DNA of 64,000 nucleotides from Selaginella moellendorffii (Eukaryota; Plantae; Lycopodiophyta): NCBI RefSeq assembly GCF_000143415.4, contig NW_003314265.1, positions 2,621,181 to 2,685,180 of the forward strand, read 5' to 3'. Shown piece by piece: positions 58,142 to 64,000 of this stretch (position 1 is its first letter; each line of letters starts with the position of its first letter). The notes under the pieces were generated by a model. It saw only the letters and a program-made list of their open reading frames with translations, ran no database searches and was not told where the DNA came from. The position numbers and the translations under genes were made by a program.

Positions 58142-61100
58142 TCAGAAGGATCCTCCAACCAGCTCTCCGGAGATCGAGGACGATGGCCGCAAGTCCTTGA
58201 GCAGCCCCACAACCTGTTGCATTGTGGGTCTCTTGCTGGGAGTCTCTGCCGTGCACAAGTAGGCCACTCTCAAAGCCTCGAGCATCTCGGTCATGTCTTC
58301 GTCCCCTTGCATCACCCTCGCGTCCAGAGCCTTGAAGCCCCGCTTCTCTTTGACCAGCCACCTCGTCCACTGCACAACCCCGCCTTGGTTGCCGTGCCCT
58401 CCCGGGTAGTCGTCCCCGACGGGCCTCTTCCCCGTCACAAGCTCCAGGAGCACCACCCCGAACGAGTAAACGTCGGCCTTCGGCGACATCTCGCGGGAGG
58501 AGCCCGAGTTGCTGTTGCTGTTGTTGTTTCCTGCATTGGAGCTGCTGCTGCCAAACTCGGGCGGCACGTAGCCGGCCTCTCCGGTCCCAATCTCCACGAG
58601 CTGCGCCAGCCCAGTCCCGGCCAGCCGAGCCTCACACTCTGCGTCCAGAAGCACGTTGCTCGCCTTCACGTCGCCATGCACAACCGGGGGGCTGCAGCCG
58701 TGGTGCAGGAACGCCAGAGCCCGGGCGGTACACAGCGCGACGCGGTGGCGGACCGACCACGGCAGCACGGCCAGGACCGCCGCGTTAGTAGTCCCCTCCT
58801 GCCCATGCTCCCAAGTGTCCGTTGACCAGTCCTCGGTGTTGGGCATCCCCTCGGGCAGCTCGTGGAGCCGGCCATACAGGTCGCCCCCGTCCTGGACGTA
58901 GTCGTAAACCAGCAGCCTCTCCACCCCGACCATGCAGTAGCCCAGCAGCGGTACCACGTTGGGATGCTTGAGCCGGCCGATGGCTGCTAGCTGTGCACAC
59001 GCGGATGCCACGTCCTCGGATGGTATCCCCTCGCCGAGGATCTTCACCGCAACGTGAATTCCACCTGGGAGGATGCCTTGGAAGACTGGGCCACAGCCGC
59101 CGTCGGGGACTTGCGCGTCCTTGCTAAAGTTGGCGGTGGCCTGGACGAGGTCCGAGAATGTGAGGTTGAGTAGCGGCTTCTCAAACATCACCACTGGGAT
59201 GGTGTGTGGATCCCGGACCCCCGCCGCCCACACTGATGGATCCATCTCGGACGAGAAGGGGCCCGACATGGAGATGAAGCGCTCCTCTTTTGTTGGCTCT
59301 TGCTTCTTGTTGAAAACTTTGACGCTGCCTCGGCAGTAGCAGAGTCCGGCCAGGACGCAGAGGAGTGCTGCTGCTGATCCCGTGACAATGCCGACTATGA
59401 CTGCGACTCGCAAATGCCTCCTGTGTGGTGAGTTCCGGATGTTGTGCTCGCTGTTGTCTGATGGACTGTGGCCCGACGACGGTACTATTTCTCGCGGGCA
59501 AGGCACATTCAGCACACGCCCACACAGTCCCTGTCATAGAAAAAGTGATCAGCTTTTGAAGCTACGGAGAAAGAAATTATCAGAGAGAAAAGTTGGCAAG
59601 TAGTACCTTGTTCCCCAGTAAGCCTGAAGGGAGCATGAAGGGCCAACCAGGAACATCTCCACTGAGATCATTGTACGAAAAGTTCAAGTGCTGTAGCTGT
59701 GTCAACCTGGCCATGGAGTTGGGAATGGAGCCATTGAGTTGATTGTACGACATGTCCAGCGAAGTCAATCCCACCAGGCTTCCCAGACTTTCGGGAAGCG
59801 TTCCGTTGAGCTCGTTGTGCGAGAGGTCCAGCTGCTTCAACGTCTGGAGATTGCCAATCTCTTCGGGAATGCCTCCGGTGAGCTGAGTCGCGGAAAGATT
59901 CAAGTACTCGAGCTTCTTGAGTTCTTGAAGCTTTGGGAACCTGCTCTCCAGAAACGGATTGTTGTCCAGCCCGAGATGGACCAAGGACGGGAACCCGGTC
60001 AACTTCTCCGGTAGAGGCCCACTCAGCCTGTTTGTCGACAAGTCCAAGTACGCAAGACTTTGGAACGCTCCCAAGTCGGAAGAAACGGGGCCGCTGAACT
60101 CGTTGTTTTTGAGGTCTAGCTCCTTCAATGCAGCACCGACCTGCGATGGCAAAAGCCCAGACAAGCTGTTCCCGTCCAGCCGCAGAGTTTCTACCGAGTT
60201 CATACTCCAGATCCCCACAGAAACATTTCCTGACAAGTTGTTCTGCCCCAGATCGATGTAGCTCAAGGTGCTGTGCAAGAGCGACGGTGTTGGTAAACTC
60301 CCCACGAAAAAGTTGCTCCTGGCCGAGAACTTCCTCAATCCGGGGATGCGAAAAGTGCCCGTTGGAATCGTCCCACCCAAAAAGTTCCCCGAGATGTTGA
60401 GAACCTCCAGCTTCCTGAGCCCGTCCACGCGGGGAAAAGGCCCCGTGAAGTGGTTCTCGGAGAGATCCAGCACCGCGAGGTAGTGTAGCCGGCTCGTCTC
60501 CGGCGGCACCATTCCACTCAGCATGTTGTTGTTGAGGTAGAGAGCCTGGAGCTGGACCAAATGCGAGAGCCCCGACGGGAAGACCCCCGAGATCCTGTTG
60601 TAGGAGAGGTCGAGCGTCCGCAGGAACGAGCAGCCGAAGATGGCACCTGGGACCAGATCCTGGAAGTCGTTCCGGCTGAGATTCAACACCACCAAGCTCT
60701 TGAGCAGCCCAATGCTGGGAGGAATCTGGCCGGCAAGATGGTTCTGCGAGAGATCCAGGAAGAAGAGCCCCGAAGGCCGACCCAGCGCGATGGACATGGA
60801 TCCCTGGAGGAGGTTCCTGGAGAGGTTGAGGTACTGGAGCTGCGGGAGGTCCCATAGATCCGTCGGGAGAGTGCCCGAGATGGAGTTGTTATAGAGATTG
60901 AGGTAGAGCAGCGAATCGAGCCTGCCAATGGAGTCCTGTGGGATGGATCCTCGCAACTCCCAGCCCTGCCAATCGATGCGAGTGACCCGGCTATCCGTGT
61001 CCGAGCAGCTGACGCCCGGCCAGCGGCAGGGCGAGCCGGAGAGATTGAATGCCGGTTGCGCTGGAAGCGCGCCTTGGAGAAAGATTCGTAGCGATTCCCT

Positions 61101-61190
61101 GTCCGATTCGGCGCCGCTCGACTGCGCGGATCCAGGATCAAGGCCGGAGATTATCGCGACGACGACCAAGGCAATCCTGGAAATTCTCAT
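58142..61190 (-). CDS. LRR receptor-like kinase (At2g24230/At5g58150-like); exons 61190-59607 and 59530-58142
   Basis: Signal peptide, many plant LRRs, GNKGLCG across the intron, TM helix, SGPFS..PVVMFEKPLLNLTFSDL, GGIHVAVK, TEDWSTDTWE. Confidence 0.93.
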
Positions 61191-62387
61191 CTCTTCCTGC
61201 GCTAGATTCTACTCCGCCGCCTCATCCAATGCTGCTAGTGCCGGAGTCGTCGATCGCGCAGCGGCGCCAGGGGAGTCGAAATACCTGGAAACATCACATC
61301 ACGAACCTCGAATTGCGATTCCAGCTGTGCGTCCATGGCCAAGAACAGCGCCTGCGCCCTCCACGCATTGGCGCTGGCAAGCACAGCACAGACATCGACT
61401 GTGCAGGATCATCTTTGTCCTAGAATCCACCCCCATTGGCAGCCGCGAGCAAGAAAACACGGAGAATCCTCTCGCGTCGCTGCCAGCCGCTAGCGATCGA
61501 TCGATGCGCCGCCCGTGTCGCGCGGCAAAGCCAAGCCAGGCCCCCAAAGATTGATGGCTATGGCGGACATTCAAAACATTGACGATGAAAGGACAAGGTT
61601 AAAAGCTGTTTTAGTGAAATGGGGGCACTTTTTTTTACCAGAGGGCGGGCGTAAGTGCGAGTTGGTGGATTTGGCGGCAGTGATTGGCACCCCCAAATTT
61701 AGGGGGGAAACTGCGCGCTTTATTACCGTGCATGCTGGTAAAAAACACCAGACGAGACCGACGCGCTTCCTCGCTGGCTCATTAATTTCTCAATCTCATC
61801 CGTACGAGACTCCATCCCAGCCGTTGGGTTTAAGCGCATCCCGCCCGTCCATTCCTAAACTCTTTCGTCAAAGCGTGAGAGAACAGGCGAGCGAGCAGCA
61901 AATTCTCGCATTGGTTTCCAAACTTTGATCTTCTCACTTAGGGCCCCCGCGGGATGGATCTCGTCTCCCCTCTCGCTCTTTAAATGTCTTGTCAAAATCT
62001 CTTATTTCCTCCACATGAAACTTGAAAGACAAGTACTGCAAAACAGTCATGGCTCCACAAGTCACCAAAAACGAAAAGAGCATGGTCAGAGACACCCATG
62101 AATTTGAGATCAAGCTGTAACATCTTCTCTAAGCTATGGATTCTTTATAAATTCCAGTGTGATCTCTCTCTGTGTGTTCTTTGCTATGTTTGTTACAGGA
62201 TCAATCGTCCTGCTCTGTAAACTTATCTGCTGTGTGGATGGAATGACACTATCAATCAATCCTCTCCTCCCAGCACCTTGAATGCTCCACTGCAGCAGCC
62301 AAGTTGTTAGCCAGTTCCTCGTGTTTTTATCCTCGGACCAGAGAATTTAAAGCTCATGATCTTACCTCGGCCGAAAGCTGCTATCAA

Positions 62388-63745
62388 TCACTCGAGCAAA
62401 CACTTTGTTTTTTCCTTTCGTGTCACGGAGAATCTAAACACCATCTGGTGCCTGTAAACTTCCCCGGGGGAAACCATCACGCTCGGGAACCTTGCGTCGT
62501 TAACGGCATTTGGAAATCCCTGCGTCTCGAGGCAAAGCCCGGCGTGCTTCCTGTAAACCTGTCCATCTTTTCCAGCCTCTGCCACTAAGAAGTTCCCCGT
62601 GTAGAACTGCAAGCCCGGCGCGTCCGTGAGAAGCTCCATCGTTCTTCCACTGGATGGATCTCTCACCCTGGCAGCAAAGCAAAGCCCAGGTCCTTGCTTC
62701 TGATCCAGCACGTAGTTGTGATCGTATCCCCCCTCGACTTGATCAATCCTGGAACCGATCCTGGCCTCTTGCAGGAAATCAAAGGCGGTGCCTGCGACGG
62801 GGGCGAGCTCGCCAGTGGGAATCTGGAAGTCGTCCACTGGAGTGTAGCGAGAGGCCGAGATGCAAATGGTGTGGTCGAGGATGCTGCCGCTCTTGTGCCC
62901 CGCCAGGTTCCAGTACGTGTGCTGCGCAAGGCTGACCGGAGTTTGCTTGCTCGCCGGCACAGCTCTCATTTCCACGCGCAGCTCGTTCTCGTGAAGAGCA
63001 TAAGTTACTGAAACGTCCAGCTCGCCCGGGAATCCTTCACGAAAAGGAAGAGAAGGCTTTAAAGCTGTACAGGAAGTCGAAAGCGAGGAAGCTATACCTT
63101 GCTCGCCATCGCTGCTGCGGTACGTAAATTCGACCGCTGGGACCTGAGATTCCTTGACAATTTGCGACTGCCACAGCACTTTGTCATATCCAACTTCACC
63201 ACCTGTGCAGTGTGGATGGTGTTTTTTTGTTTTTTTGTTTTTGTCCCACACAAACTTCACAGTGAGGAAAGTCCAGGCAGAAAAGAGCAAGCGTACCATG
63301 AAGAGTGTTCATGTTGTTATTGGCAGGCAGAGTGTACGTGACTCCATCCATGGAAAAAGATGCGTCTTTGATCCGGTTCGCTACGCGACCAACAATGCAT
63401 CCAAAATACGGCGAGGTTCCATCCTGGAAAAACGACGACTCTAAGAAGAAGAAGAAGAAGAAGAAAGGCGAGAAAAACAACAAAGAAGAGAAGATACCAT
63501 GTAAGGATCGCAGGAATCAAATCCCAGAACGATATCAATGTCCTCTCCAGCTGCAAAAATTCAAATCTAGAGAGAAAACCAAGGATTATTCTCAAACCTG
63601 AAGGATCCCTGAGGCAGAGCGAGACGATGGTCGCTCCCCAGTTCGTGATCCTGGCAGTGATGCCTCCATTCCTCAAGGTGTACAGATAGACCCCCGGCTT
63701 GCGCCCCCAAGCCTCCACATCTACACACTTGCTATCACTCGCCAT
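62388..63745 (-). CDS. Aldose 1-epimerase (galactose mutarotase)
   Basis: [58 protein letters not shown]. Confidence 0.95.
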
Positions 63746-63949
63746 TGCTAACAGAAGAATAGCATGCCCTTATTCTCCCAAATATTTTTCCTCAACTTAT
63801 ATTAGTTCTATTTCTAAAGATAAGATCGTAAAAACCTGATTTTTCTTCCTTTTTTTTGTAAAAAATTCTCCTTGAGTTCTTCAAGGCATAAATGTACACA
63901 TTTGCTATGATCGATCGAGCAGACGAAGCTAGAGAGGTGGAGGAGGGAC

Positions 63950-64000
63950 ATGGTCGTGCTCCGAGAGGTATGGAGTGACATGCCGGAGCTTCTTCTTGGC
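63950..64000 (+). CDS. Possible start of an F-box protein (runs off the window)
   Basis: MVVLREVWSDMPELLLG resembles the F-box start W-x-x-L/M-P-x-x-L-L; only 17 codons visible. Confidence 0.3.
   Translation, partial: MVVLREVWSDMPELLLG

Noticed and set aside
59668-60855. 395 aa alternative-frame ORF within the LRR-RLK
   Set aside because: Low-complexity off-frame shadow of the LRR exon

Overview
Gene-dense eukaryotic plant genomic DNA with very short (~45-70 nt) introns, telo-boxes, PLS-type PPR genes and bimodal GC content. These traits fit a lycophyte such as Selaginella (inference). I can support about 24 protein-coding genes: THUMP protein, mitochondrial ATP synthase delta', RMD1/DUF155, MCM9, SAMHD1/VEN4-like dNTPase, jagunal, PsbP-domain PPD2-like, DOMON-cytochrome b561, eIF5A, group IIb WRKY, DCP2, LDH, a coiled-coil protein, CUE-domain protein, PPR, SOUL/HBP5-like, LSm4, CSLD, LRR-RLK, aldose 1-epimerase and several unknowns. 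There are also two tRNA genes, several pseudogenes (PPR, R2R3-MYB, partial duplicates) and two AT-rich tracts. Two things stand out. (1) A ~5.3 kb island between convergent tRNA-Leu and tRNA-Gln genes carries a tandem pair of intact five-exon genes for secreted ~280-320 aa proteins of no plant family I recognise; they resemble fungal hypothetical proteins (candidate horizontally acquired defence or toxin pair). (2) An intact solo Ty3/gypsy Gag-capsid ORF with an N-terminal coiled coil and no pol or LTRs is wedged between host exons (candidate domesticated, Arc-like gene). Exon coordinates were read by eye and may be off by a few bases.
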